Shown here piece after piece: positions 23,117 to 33,577 of a stretch of DNA of 64,000 nt. The notes beneath the pieces were generated by a model. It saw nothing but the letters and a program-made list of their open reading frames with translations. It was not told where the DNA came from and searched no databases. Where the stretch lies: contig CAVPBK010000003.1 in assembly GCA_963701855.1 (NCBI GenBank), forward strand, positions 128,001 to 192,000. Direction: 5' to 3'. The position numbers were made by a program, and so were the translations under genes. The DNA comes from Nitrospirota bacterium. Lineage in GTDB: Bacteria; Nitrospirota; Nitrospiria; Nitrospirales; Nitrospiraceae. The stretch's first letter is position 1. Each line of letters begins with the position of its first letter.

Positions 23117-24541
23117 GTGTCGATGATCTTTTTTGCCTTATGTGCATGTGAAGCAGGCATTTTTCTAGCGTTACTCAGCCTGTATGGAGCAGCCACCAAG
23201 CCTGATATCTGGTCGTTCTTACTCAGCAACCGTGGATGGGCATTCGTATGTTCTTCCATCATCATAGTCTTCTCTATCGGATGGGCGATCCGCACAGTGA
23301 GAAATTGCGTTCCTACGAATAACAAGTATGTGTTTATGACCGTAGGTATGAACCTCGTCATGCTGGTCTTGACACTTGGAAGTACGGAAATACTTGCCCG
23401 CCTTCTATCCAAACAAACTGTAGCAGGCGAGACGGTTCTAGGTGTTGTTCTCCACCCTAGGCAATGGTCACAAGTTGCCACGTCCTTTAAGAAGGTCATC
23501 GATGAAATCGCGTATGAAGATAGTTACATGGTCTACGATCGGATTCTGGGCTGGACTCTGGCACCGTCCAGCAGTGATAGGACGGGCCTATACCTTAGCA
23601 GCACCGAAGGACTACGCAGTCCTCGTGTCGGCATGTCTTTCGCTGACTTACGAACCAGGCATTCCAAAGTTTCAGACCAGCCCGCGTCCGTTCGGATAGC
23701 ACTACTTGGAGATTCCATGACTTATGGTTATGAAGTTCGATGCGAGGAGTCCTGGGGACACGCGTTGGAGGGGCTCCTGCAACCTCGTACACAAGTGCTC
23801 AATTTCGCCGTTAGTGCGTATGGATTGAGTCAGGCCTTACTGCGATATGAGAAGGATGCTCGACCATGGAAGCCTCAAATTGTGGTCATAGGCATAACGA
23901 GCACCATGATCAGGCGGAACATTAACATTTATCCATTTCTTAGAAATCCTGGGGAGAGCTTTCCCTTTGCACGTCCGCGGTTGGTCATGAAGGATGACAT
24001 CCTAACAACAATCAACCACCCCGTACCTGATCCAGTGCAAATCTTCGCCAATACAGCGATCAGTGAAGTGCCTCACCTCGATTTCGACGACTACTATCGC
24101 CCTGTTCAATGGGAACGCGGGGGGGTGTGGCACCTACTTGAGAGATCATACATCTTCCGTTTCGCATACTCTCTCAGGCCTCCCAGTGAGGATCGAGAAG
24201 AGGAACAAAACCTGAAGTCTATGCAGTTGAGCCAGTTTGTGGCTCAACGCCTCGTTCGGGAGGTTGTGAAAGATGGCGCGGTTCCGCTCGTCGTCTACCT
24301 TCCTTACGAAAAAGAGCTTGGCATCTCTACTGCGCCACAGAACGCATATGTTCCTCTTTCCGCTCGCATGCTTCGCAGCGCCGGTATCGAGTACTTTGAC
24401 CCCACCGTGTGCTTGATCGGAGTAAAGGCCTCAGATGCCTACATGAAAAAGGAAGGCCACTATTCGCCTCAATCAAATACCCACATCGCTCATTGTCTAG
24501 AACCAGTTCTGCGAGGAATGATAGACGGGCTTAACCGGTAA
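23117..24541 (+). CDS. Membrane-anchored SGNH/GDSL hydrolase
   Basis: LLGDSMTYG, VLNFAVSAYG, C-terminal EGHYS; three N-terminal TM helices; RBS TAAGGAG. Confidence 0.85.
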   Translation: MSMIFFALCACEAGIFLALLSLYGAATKPDIWSFLLSNRGWAFVCSSIIIVFSIGWAIRTVRNCVPTNNKYVFMTVGMNLVMLVLTLGSTEILARLLSKQTVAGETVLGVVLHPRQWSQVATSFKKVIDEIAYEDSYMVYDRILGWTLAPSSSDRTGLYLSSTEGLRSPRVGMSFADLRTRHSKVSDQPASVRIALLGDSMTYGYEVRCEESWGHALEGLLQPRTQVLNFAVSAYGLSQALLRYEKDARPWKPQIVVIGITSTMIRRNINIYPFLRNPGESFPFARPRLVMKDDILTTINHPVPDPVQIFANTAISEVPHLDFDDYYRPVQWERGGVWHLLERSYIFRFAYSLRPPSEDREEEQNLKSMQLSQFVAQRLVREVVKDGAVPLVVYLPYEKELGISTAPQNAYVPLSARMLRSAGIEYFDPTVCLIGVKASDAYMKKEGHYSPQSNTHIAHCLEPVLRGMIDGLNR

Positions 24542-24606
24542 CACTCGCTTCCCTTCGTTTACTAAATGACAATCACCTAATCCAGCTGGGCCGCAACTGT
24601 ACCGCT

Positions 24607-24786
24607 CTAAAAGATGGAGTAGATTGCCGGCGCGAGCACGCTTCCTTCAAGAAAGAAAGCGAGCGCACTCAATAGTAAGAGAACGAAAATGAGGGGAGCC
24701 AGCCAATAGGATTTGCGCTCCTTCAAAAACATCACAAACTCTGCTACTAGGCTAGAATAATCTTTCACTCTTGTGGCTGCGTTCAT
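24607..24786 (-). CDS. DUF5989/SxtK-like small membrane protein (59 aa, absent from ORF track)
   Basis: MNAATRVKDYSSLVAEFVMFLKERKSYWLAPLIFVLLLLSALAFFLEGSVLAPAIYSIF; RBS AAGGAGG; paralogue of 61239-61391. Confidence 0.85.
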   Translation of the reverse strand: MNAATRVKDYSSLVAEFVMFLKERKSYWLAPLIFVLLLLSALAFFLEGSVLAPAIYSIF

Positions 24787-24845
24787 GCGTCCCTCCTTAT
24801 CAACAACGGTGCATCATTAAGCTGCAAAATCCTGTAGTGTACTGT

Positions 24846-26123
24846 CTACGACTGAACGGTTACCGGTGAGGTTTTCTCCTTCCGTACAGACGACCATTTG
24901 CTCACGTACAAGCAACACTCCCTAAACACAATGAATGAGATGATCGCGCCTGGGTAGAACCAGAATCCCCCGAACCGAGAAGTGATACCGCCGCAAATCA
25001 ATGCCACGATGACGGACATGAAATCAGCCACCGGGCCTAGTGGCTCGAAGACCTGCATATGCTTGACGTTCGTCAGAAGGCCATCTTTGCGAACCAGCGC
25101 CTGTTGCCATGGACGTTTCTCATAGGGCCTCAGCCTATCGGTTTGGGGAACACCTGGCGCAGCCGTATCTTTCAGGACATTGTCATCGCAGGCATCGATG
25201 CAGGCGTAGCATTTGATGCACTCGGTGTTGATCACCTTCCCATCAAAGTGGAAGATCTCTCTACTGACATCGATGCCCTGTGGGCAGGCATTACTGCAGT
25301 CGCGGCAGCCCGTACACTGCGCCACACGTGTGATTTTTGCCTGTACCGGAGAGATGTTCATGAGCGGCACCATCATCGGGGCATATGGACATAAGATCCG
25401 GCAAAATGCGCCCTGTCCATAGCGCAAGTTGAGCACGATGCTCATAGTAAATTGAATAAACACTGCCAGGCCAAACGCCAGTAGGATGTCGTTCCACGTC
25501 GGCTTAATTTCAAAATTGAAGAAGGCGGTCTCCGCGAAGGCTTTGCCTCCGTAGCCGGGGTTATCAGCGAGCGGCGCCGGGGCCATCACGTTGACCTTGG
25601 GAGAGAATCCGACATTGTGAATCAGAATGATGACAGGTAACAGAAGCACAAATAGAGCACCTACTCTCAATAGCCAGCGATGAGGCGTGTTGACCAGAAC
25701 ATTCTTCTCCCGCAGATTGAGGTATCGGCGCACTTTGAGCTTTCGCAAGATCCAATCAGCGAATTCGATCGCGCCACGCATGTGGCAGACCCAGCCACAA
25801 AACCCACGCCCCCAGATCAGTATTGAGCCTAAAATCAAGATCACCATAATCGAGGCCGCGTTAATGGTCCCGTTGGCGAGAGAGGGCACCCCCATCATCG
25901 CGGTCTTGCCCCAAATCTTGATGTCGAAAACATGCCATAAAATAATATGGAATGCGATATAGGCATGCACTGCCCCTAATGCAATCATGCGATACTTGTA
26001 GCGCTTTGTAGGTGGCAGGTTTACAGGACTATGAACCTTGCAGGAACCATGGGAATCCTCTTTGCGACTTTCTATTGTGATGAGTTGGAGAGGCTGTGAT
26101 GGTTGGTCAAGTACAGGTCTCAT
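24846..26123 (-). CDS. 4Fe-4S-binding integral membrane protein (NapH/YccM/RdxA-like)
   Basis: GRGFCGWVC, FCRILCP, CTGCRDCSNACP, CIKCYACIDAC, several TM helices. Confidence 0.85.
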   Translation of the reverse strand: MRPVLDQPSQPLQLITIESRKEDSHGSCKVHSPVNLPPTKRYKYRMIALGAVHAYIAFHIILWHVFDIKIWGKTAMMGVPSLANGTINAASIMVILILGSILIWGRGFCGWVCHMRGAIEFADWILRKLKVRRYLNLREKNVLVNTPHRWLLRVGALFVLLLPVIILIHNVGFSPKVNVMAPAPLADNPGYGGKAFAETAFFNFEIKPTWNDILLAFGLAVFIQFTMSIVLNLRYGQGAFCRILCPYAPMMVPLMNISPVQAKITRVAQCTGCRDCSNACPQGIDVSREIFHFDGKVINTECIKCYACIDACDDNVLKDTAAPGVPQTDRLRPYEKRPWQQALVRKDGLLTNVKHMQVFEPLGPVADFMSVIVALICGGITSRFGGFWFYPGAIISFIVFRECCLYVSKWSSVRKEKTSPVTVQS

Positions 26124-26578
26124 GGATGACGCCTTTCAATCCGCGCGAGATTTCCGGCCACTTGAGTAGTTGAGGAAGCAGGCGGCTCGATTCGATACTA
26201 GGATGGCTCCAGCAGAAAGGCAATCTGCACAATAGGGTTAGTGGTTACTACATACATATGTACGAATGAAGCGATGCTGCCGGGTTAAGTGAAGGAAAAC
26301 ATGTAAGAACGATTCATTTGGCAAGCCATCATTTCGATAACCGAGGTCGGAAGTTCTCCTTTGAAACTGTCTCCTTGAGGGGGAAGCCCAAGCACCCTCA
26401 CCATTGACACTCTCACACGGACGGCCTAGCCTTTTAACATGCAACCGTTTACACCCCGGATTACGCGCTCATGGTCAAGCACACCAAGGACTTTGCCGCC
26501 TTGGAGAAAGGGCCCGCGTGCGCAAAATCATTTTACAGTGTACAGCCCTAGCCCAACTGGTGAAAGGAGAGAAAGCCC

Positions 26579-27217
26579 ATGCCGTATCCACAAAACCCTG
26601 CTACACCTGGTGCGGTGAATGGACACTATCTCTTTGAGGCCGCGACCATCATTCATCGAGTAATCAGATCCGATCGCTCTCTGAAAGGGGAACAAGTTGA
26701 CGCTCTGTCCAGCATTGCGTGTGGGGCGTTGCAATTATTTCTGGCGGATGCCGACAGCGGGCTGGTTGGAGACCTTGGTATTCCCGAACAGGCTAATAGA
26801 GATGGGCTTCCTACTCTCAGCGATGAATTCTTGGAGCTGGAGCGAAAGGCGTTACTGGGGATCCACGTCTCTCAGGATCTTGTGGATTATATGCTGAGCA
26901 TGGCCAGGGATCTCAGATCGCAGTTAGACGGCGAGGCTTTCCCCCATGATGAAGTCATCGGACGAGTTCGCCAATTCTCCATGACGACGTGTGGTGTAGG
27001 GAAAATGCCCTTTATAGGTTTTTTCACAACGAATCCCAAAGCGGTAGACCCGAAGACTTACAAGGCAAGAGTGCAACGGACTGGGTGGGGATTGATTGGC
27101 GTTGGGTTGATCACTCTCAGTGCAAGCGTGGATGTTTCCACTCACGGGTTCAGCATTCCAATGACTGAAATGTCAAAAGCTCTTGGAAGCACTTTCCTGG
27201 GAAAGGCGTTATTCTAG
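26579..27217 (+). CDS. Hypothetical protein
   Basis: RBS AAAGGAG; 212 aa; hydrophobic C-terminus. Confidence 0.65.
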   Translation: MPYPQNPATPGAVNGHYLFEAATIIHRVIRSDRSLKGEQVDALSSIACGALQLFLADADSGLVGDLGIPEQANRDGLPTLSDEFLELERKALLGIHVSQDLVDYMLSMARDLRSQLDGEAFPHDEVIGRVRQFSMTTCGVGKMPFIGFFTTNPKAVDPKTYKARVQRTGWGLIGVGLITLSASVDVSTHGFSIPMTEMSKALGSTFLGKALF

Positions 27218-27628
27218 TAGTCAAGCGTACCGGACAATGGAGTCCTTCATCATCGAAAAGAAGGTGAGCTGATGAGGACGCTCGGCAATGATCTCGGCCT
27301 CTCGGACGTAGCGCCTGGCCACCGCGACCTCCCTCACTCATCCTGCTCATGACACCCCACACCGTGAATGCACGGCTAGGCGTGGGGGTCCCCAAACAGG
27401 CCCCCCGCCTGCCGAACAAGGCCCTCTCGTTCCTGGCGCACCAAGTATGACTTCTTTTTTGTTCCGGTTCCCGTCACGGTTCCATCTGCACATTCCGGTT
27501 TTAGGCACGGTTGCCCCTGTGTCTTGCTGTTGCGGCCTGTATCTTGCCGTGGCTGGAATCCCTTGATACTGTTGGCTTCCCGTGGCGTACCGTGTCGCGC
27601 CATGTTTCGTAGCATGATTACCTAATCG

Positions 27629-27675
27629 GCTTTGGGAGCAGGATGTCGGAGGTTCAAATCCTCTCGCCCAGACCA
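27629..27675 (+). repeat. attR: copy of the tRNA-Pro 3' end
   Basis: GCTTTGGGAGCAGGATGTCGGAGGTTCAAATCCTCTCGCCCAGACCA. Confidence 0.95.
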
Positions 27676-27769
27676 AGTCTGTAGCCAGTGCTAAGATGAT
27701 ATGGAGCAGTAGGTCTGACAGTTCCGGATCTCATTACTCAGCACTCAGTCCTCAGCACTTCCAAAGAGC

Positions 27770-27810
27770 GCGCCCGTAGCTCAGTCGGATAGAGCATCAG
27801 CCTTCTAAGC
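27770..27810 (+). repeat. att site: isolated 5' half of tRNA-Arg(UCU)
   Basis: 41 bp identical to 36058-36098, ending just past the anticodon loop. Confidence 0.95.
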
Positions 27811-27860
27811 CTCTCGCAGCTTCCACACTAACGCATTGACAGCATAGCGGAACCTCAAGC

Positions 27861-28399
27861 TTAGCTTGTGTTTGCGCTATGTCGGTAAATGTGCATCCAA
27901 TCCTTTCGGCCAAACCTTGAAGCTGTACCTTCAAGGTAGTCGAATCGAGCGTCAATAATTTTCTTTTGTGCCTCTGAAAGTTCGTTGAATCGGTAAATGG
28001 AAGGTTGTCCGAGGACTGTTGTTCCATATCCTGAGTAAGTTGAGTGTCCTTTGTTAGAGATTCCCAAAGGTCTGGTAGTTCCGTCTCGCGCTGGACGTAA
28101 CCGAGCCATGTTCTAAAACTTGACGGAACTCCCTCCCAGCTTCCTATATCCCTAACTTCTTCATCCATTTCTTGGCCAGGTGAATAGCGCACAAGGAATC
28201 CTGATTCCCCATGAGCGTACTCTGACCGATCGACAATAAACAAAAAGCCTGTTGGAATGTGCTGCCATGCTGGAACTGTACCAAAGCGACGATGTGTTGA
28301 GGTTCTCTCTACCCACTCGAACCCTGAAGGGGAAAAATGATCTTCTTGGTCTTGAAGTAACTGGAACAGTTGGTTTCTTTGAGAGCGGAGCAGAGACAT
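27861..28399 (-). pseudogene. Frameshifted/truncated hypothetical gene
   Basis: MSLLRSQRNQ...DNLPFT appears to continue in another frame as RFNELSEAQKKIIDARFDYL...GRKDW, then breaks near att. Confidence 0.6.
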
Positions 28400-28550
28400 G
28401 GAGCACATTGTAGAAGGGAACCGGACGACGGCGCAAAGACCACCGGCGAGTTTTGTAGGCGATCTCTTACAACGAGAGTGGGATAACTCCTCTTCCGCAC
28501 ATCACCCTCTCCTGTCACCATGCAAGGCAACCCACGCACCGTTTCATAAA

Positions 28551-28601
28551 ATTCAGATTGAGGGTCTCGTGGCTGGAGTGATTCGTCATCTGAAGAAGTA
28601 G
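28551..28601 (+). pseudogene. Possible LexA/S24 C-terminal remnant
   Basis: IQIEGLVAGVIRHLKK* just upstream of DUF72. Confidence 0.35.
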
Positions 28602-28629
28602 GGAACGTCTCGACTCAGTACACTTTCTC

Positions 28630-29520
28630 ATGGAGCTCTCCCCACTCATTCGCTTTGGAACCTCGACCTGGACCTGCGACGGCTGGAAAGGCCAGGTCTA
28701 CCACCAGCAGTACACCAAGAGCACGTTTGCCAGGGAGTGCTTGGAGGAGTATTGCCAGTATCAATACAACCATGGGCCGTTGTTCAGGACGGTTGGCAAC
28801 GATTCCTCATTTTACCATCCACCCATCACCGATCATCTCCGGCGCTATCTGAAACACATGCCCGAAGATTTTGACATGTGCTTCAAGGTGTGGGATCAAC
28901 TGACCCTACACAGCTATGCTAATCACCCCCGCTATGGTGTCTGGGCAGGCCAGCCGAACGTCCGGTTTCTCGACCCTCAGCTCTTCAAGGATTTGGTACT
29001 GACCCCGTATCGAGAGGCGAAGTTCGAGCCGCATACCGGCCCGTTCCTGTTCGAGTTCCAACGTCACGGGTTGTCCGCTGAGAAGTTTTGTGAACGACTC
29101 GATGCCTTCTTTGGCCAGCTGCCCACCGACTTTCGCTATGCAGTCGAATGCCGCAACACCGGCCTCCTGTGTCCACGGTATCGGAATACACTTGCCAAAC
29201 ATGGGGTGGCCCACGTCTACAATCACTGGTCTTCCATGCCGTCGTTGGCCGAACAGCACAAGAGACTGGAGGCCTTCACCGCGCCATTCACGGTGCTGCG
29301 ACTACTCACGCCTTTGAAGATGTCCTATGCAGCGGCCAAGAAGCGAGCGAAGCCGTATACGAAGATTGTCGAGGAGTTGCCACAGATGCGAAGAGAGACG
29401 GTGCAGTTGGTGCGGCAGGCCGTCGGCGAGGGTCGGCGCGCGTATGTCTTGGTGAACAACAGAGCGGAAGGAAACGCGCCGCTGACCGTGCAGGGATTGG
29501 CGGGGATGTTGCAGGAGTAG
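28630..29520 (+). CDS. DUF72 family protein
   Basis: IRFGTSTW, DSSFY, FKVW, GPFLFEF, YAVECRN, YVLVNNRAEGNAP. Confidence 0.9.
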   Translation: MELSPLIRFGTSTWTCDGWKGQVYHQQYTKSTFARECLEEYCQYQYNHGPLFRTVGNDSSFYHPPITDHLRRYLKHMPEDFDMCFKVWDQLTLHSYANHPRYGVWAGQPNVRFLDPQLFKDLVLTPYREAKFEPHTGPFLFEFQRHGLSAEKFCERLDAFFGQLPTDFRYAVECRNTGLLCPRYRNTLAKHGVAHVYNHWSSMPSLAEQHKRLEAFTAPFTVLRLLTPLKMSYAAAKKRAKPYTKIVEELPQMRRETVQLVRQAVGEGRRAYVLVNNRAEGNAPLTVQGLAGMLQE

Positions 29521-30213
29521 CATCTACGAAGTGGGTGAGGTTAGCGGCTCAGTTGATCTGGGGTTCCGTTGGGGGTTATCGCTTTGTAGGTTCGTACAAT
29601 CTCTTCCCCACATTGGCGGCAATGCTACGTGCTTGTCACATACCCGGCATCACTCTGTTCGATGTGCCCAGCTTCCTGGCTCAGATGCTCACACGATGAT
29701 GGCGCGTGACCTTGCTGGTTCCACTTCGCTTGGCGGTCGGCGGCCTCACTCTTCGTCATGTCCTAACAGTACCACTCAGATCACTGTTTAGGAATGAGAA
29801 ATATGTCCATCTAATGAAACGACATCGCGTAAGGCTACGTAAGCGGGTAGATGACGGTGGAGGGACTACCCGTTGACTCACACCTTCTCTTCAAGCGGGC
29901 AGGACAACAAAAAAATAAAAATCCGAGAGTGGATATCGAGGGTGGCCTCATCGGCCTTCCCCCCCTCTCCCCCCAGCGTTTTGAGTGTGGCGGATGGTGG
30001 GGCTTCTCCGTGTCTCCCCAGCCTCACACGTTGGCAACGATGCGCTGTACTGTGCAGTTTCCTGTGAGGAGATCAAGCGAAAGTCGGTAGCTTACAGCGG
30101 GCCAAAAACCTGGAAAACTTGTGGACACTAATGTTTGCAAAAGCTTGATAGCTCGTCAGTTCATTTCGATGGTCCAAAAACAACTGTTTCTGGACTGACC
30201 TTCTACCATTCGC

Positions 30214-31083
30214 TCATTGTGTGAATGTACGCTCAGCTCGGCTCAGTTTGTCAAGGTCAGCTGTCCCTTTAACGTGATTCCATAGGAATATCTTCAAGAC
30301 ATCGGGAACTTCGTCGAGGCCGCCGGGGCGCAGTTCACGGAACGACCCACCTGCGAATAACCGTGCTGCTCCTTCTGTTTGCTTTGGGGTAGTGGTCGAT
30401 GACTGGACAGCTTCCACAATGCTTGATGTCGGATACCCAAGGAGTAGTTTTTCTGCCGCGGTCTCGTAGTATGGGGATCCATCCCAAGGGCCCGCCCCAG
30501 AACCGAACCATTCTAGCAACACAAGGATTCGGACCCTTTCTTCGGTATGCCCCGCTCAAGGGCGGCGCAAAGCGGGTCGACCTGCACATGGATGAACTGA
30601 TTGAACACCTCTTTTGGCCAAAGCGGTGCAATTGGCTCGGGCATCGCTGCTAGCCATCGATTCCAGTCTGCCTTACCCACTTCTTCACGAGCCCGCGTTT
30701 CCTCAACTTCTCGCTTTGGTCCTGGCATCCCGCGGTGATCAAACCATGACAACCATTTCTCTGTGTCCAGGATGCGCACATTGCTGCTTGCCCACAGCGA
30801 GCAGCGAACCGATACACCGTGATGGTTCGTTAGTTCTACGAGCTCACCCTCACGCCCCTCCAGATAGAGGACGGGCGAGCCGACGCACATGCAGTGAAAC
30901 CATTCGGTAGGCGTCTCAAGGAGCAAGCTCCTCTGCAGATCATCTAGATCCTTTTTGTCGGTCGACTCGAACGGCGTCCTGGCATCGGATATCGGAGAGT
31001 CTTTGACCACGACTCTCACCCTGCTAGCGAAAACCTTGTAGAGATTGTTGAGTACAACGGGTGTCTCTCTTGGAGTTCTCATA
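30214..31083 (-). pseudogene. Hypothetical gene split by a frameshift near 30520
   Basis: Overlapping ORFs 30513-31083 and 30214-30522 read as one protein. Confidence 0.55.
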
Positions 31084-31283
31084 ATTTCTCCTCGCCGAAT
31101 GCCATGCGGGTAGGCGTGGCCGTTACCAATGATGTGCACCAATAAGGTTTATTTTTGGAACAGGCGGAAGGATACGTCAAAGGCCTCGAAAAATCGACTT
31201 CTCCGCTCTCGACCATGAGAGAGGTTTTTGAAACACGGTGTGCAGAACACATCGGCAAGAACAAGTGAGGATGGTTGCTTCTT

Positions 31284-31753
31284 CTAACGATTCCTCTTTC
31301 TCCACTCCCACGGCGGTATCGGATGGAGATTAGGCCACAAGCCCTGCTTCTTCCCTCATGCTTCCTTCTCCAGGCTCTCAAGTTCGGTATCTCCTGGAGC
31401 ATACTTTCGGTACCATCAGTACCAACCCTGCCTGACGAGTTCCTGATCGACGTTCGTTCCATCCGGCAGGAGCACATCAGCGAGGGTGCGCCTTTACTTG
31501 TCTTTGCTCTGAGCCTGAATGGTGACCTCCTTGCCAAACACAAGCTGCTTCTCAGCTTGCTTTGCTCGTGAGCCGAAGGCCTGGCCCTTCTCAGGGCGTC
31601 GATCCCGCTGAGGTGGACACGCACAGGGTGGGTGTTGTGCAGGCCCTCGATTGTACCGCCGTCGAGGGCGGAGACGACAAGGCCGGTGAAGCTGGCGAGA
31701 GCAATTACAGGCGGAAACGAAATGAATGTGGCTAAAATATGAGATGCAGCCAT
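31284..31753 (-). pseudogene. Thermonuclease (SNase) pseudogene
   Basis: FTGLVVSALDGGTI..RVHLSGIDA / PEKGQAFG..DK*RRTLADVLLPDG..WYRKYAP..PPWEWRK; frameshift and stops. Confidence 0.85.
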
Positions 31754-32004
31754 AGGGAAGACGTTTTTATCGCTTTATTTCGGTGAGCGATTCCAAACCG
31801 TGCCATGTCCTTCAGGCGAACATCTAGCTGAAATTATCACTTCGCCCCTCATCCTCTCACCCTTGACCAGTCACGGCCCAATCCCCGACTAGCCGTAATC
31901 CATCAAGGGCTAGTGGCCCCTCCTCTTCGATTCTCCTCTACGTGAGCGCAAGGTAGTTCCACAATTTCAATGGGCTACGGCTAAAGGATTTAACTGAAGG
32001 AGAA

Positions 32005-32019
32005 TGGCATGCTCTGTGC
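32005..32019 (+). promoter_or_regulatory. Putative sigma54 promoter
   Basis: TGGCATGCTCTGTGC (GG-N10-GC), 55 bp before a small ORF. Confidence 0.5.
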
Positions 32020-32074
32020 CTTATCACGATGCTGTAAAAACCTTCATGTTATGGATATGGAAAGGAGAAACACT

Positions 32075-32176
32075 ATGACGATGATAGATGCGGTGTTGTT
32101 CAATGGCTCGCAGTATATCGTGTTGGTTGGACTTTTGGCCCTGGCATGGGCAAGTTTGCAGAGAAAGAATGCATAA
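32075..32176 (+). CDS. 33-aa single-TM small protein
   Basis: RBS AAAGGAG; MTMIDAVLFNGSQYIVLVGLLALAWASLQRKNA. Confidence 0.55.
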   Translation: MTMIDAVLFNGSQYIVLVGLLALAWASLQRKNA

Positions 32177-32243
32177 GCGTGGAATTGGTGGCGCGCACTT
32201 TTGGTAGCGTGAACGGTATTCATCACTAACCCAAGGAGGTCCC

Positions 32244-32534
32244 ATGATATCCATTCCCAAAGTCGGCAGCATCCTGTGTGGCATGGCGTTGCTCTTGACT
32301 GCGTCCTATGCGGTCGCGCAAGCTCCGAATGACCTAACTCACAACCGGACCATTACGGGTGACGTGACGCGCATCGACTATGCATACTATGTCGTCAAGG
32401 AGAAGGACGGACAGGAAGTGCGCGTGCATGCAGATAAGACTACGCTGATGATGGGGCAGCTCAGGCAGGGTGATCGTGTTGAGGCGGAAATCAACGCTGA
32501 AAACCACATCCTGCGGATGCGTCCACTCCCCTGA
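32244..32534 (+). CDS. Small exported OB-fold-like protein (DUF5666-like)
   Basis: RBS AAGGAGG; signal peptide; TITGDV...VVKEKDGQEVRVH..T.....GDRVEA. Confidence 0.75.
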   Translation: MISIPKVGSILCGMALLLTASYAVAQAPNDLTHNRTITGDVTRIDYAYYVVKEKDGQEVRVHADKTTLMMGQLRQGDRVEAEINAENHILRMRPLP

Positions 32535-32556
32535 GTAAAGCTCTGCTCTCATGAGC

Positions 32557-32594
32557 GCGGAAGGATGTGCATTTGAGCTAGCTCATCCTTCCGC
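32557..32594 (+). terminator. Hairpin after the OB-fold gene
   Basis: GCGGAAGGATG ... CATCCTTCCGC. Confidence 0.5.
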
Positions 32595-32639
32595 TGGCAT
32601 GATCGTCCTTGGATGATCTTTTCCGAATAGGCGTGACCA

Positions 32640-32990
32640 ATTCCCCACTCACTCGGAGAACCTGGACTTCAATCTTCCGTGCGAGCACCTGCCCACGCCG
32701 ACTGAGCGACAAACACACGGCACGGGTATCCGTGACTGAGCGATGTTTGGTGCCCACCGCTTCCGCACCAGGTCTTTCACCACCTCACTCAGTGTCGGCA
32801 GTCTCAGGCCTAACGCGCTTGCGGCATCCGTCACTCTGGCGTCAGCATGACGACATAGGAAAAGCATCACGTCTGCTTGGAGCGGCGTCACGCGTATTGG
32901 CTCCAAACTTCTTCTGAACTCGCCTTGGACCCGCAACACCAGTTCCAAGAGTGTTAGCGTCTCATCGCACTCGTGCTCGACACCTCGCAT
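32640..32990 (-). pseudogene. MarR-family regulator, frameshifted near 32755
   Basis: VTPLQADVMLFL...LPTLSEVVKDLVRKRW, then in another frame TKHRSVTDTRAVCLSLSRRG. Confidence 0.75.
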
Positions 32991-33065
32991 AGTTAATGCA
33001 TCGTCCCCTTCGCTACCCGCTGCCCCACCTCAATAAGCCGCCTCAACCATTTGAGCACTACGCGA

Positions 33066-33530
33066 TCACCTCTTGCCACACGCAAGTTTCCATTCCCGTT
33101 TACCAAGAGTTTCTGGTGCAATTGATATCCACTGTCCTTCCGCTAAGCTTGACGAAACCACCTTACCTTTTCCCATGTTGCCAGCCATCTCGAAAATTGA
33201 ATTTGTCCGAACGCGCTCTCCTTTGCAGTCGTACTCACTTCGCATCTTCGTAGAAAAAACAGCGTCGCGTCCCGTGGTTATAGGAGTCTTGTAGTCATAC
33301 AAGAGCCATATCTTCACCAGATTTCCGTTGCGACGAATGGTGTCTGGATCGAAGTGCACCGTCATCCCGTCGGCTTCGGTGAGCCTCACCCATCCCGCAT
33401 TCGCTGGAACAGTATTCAGCAGTAGGAGAGTTGTCATTGCCCAGAAGCTCAAAAAGAAGAGTGGACCCGCGTTGGACGTAACGGCGCAGTGCGCAGGAAA
33501 GCGACGGTGAGGGCGAATCAAGAAGGGCAT
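33066..33530 (-). CDS. Surface-adhesin-E-like exported protein fused in frame to the repeated leader
   Basis: Signal peptide then WVRL....VHFDPDTIRRNGNLVKIWLLYDY...EYDC...W.LAC. Confidence 0.7.
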   Translation of the reverse strand: MPFLIRPHRRFPAHCAVTSNAGPLFFLSFWAMTTLLLLNTVPANAGWVRLTEADGMTVHFDPDTIRRNGNLVKIWLLYDYKTPITTGRDAVFSTKMRSEYDCKGERVRTNSIFEMAGNMGKGKVVSSSLAEGQWISIAPETLGKREWKLACGKR

Positions 33531-33571
33531 AGAAGCCTCGCCGGGAAGCGTATTGTAGGAGGATTTGCGAA
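33481..33571 (-). repeat. Promoter/leader module copy A
   Basis: Homologous to 33920-34032, 40756-40847 and 28407-28436. Confidence 0.85.
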
Positions 33572-33577
33572 CGAGTG

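Noticed and set aside
27629..27810. Additional tRNA genes
   Set aside because: Both pieces are partial (3' part of Pro, 5' half of Arg) and cannot form cloverleaves; they are att sites.
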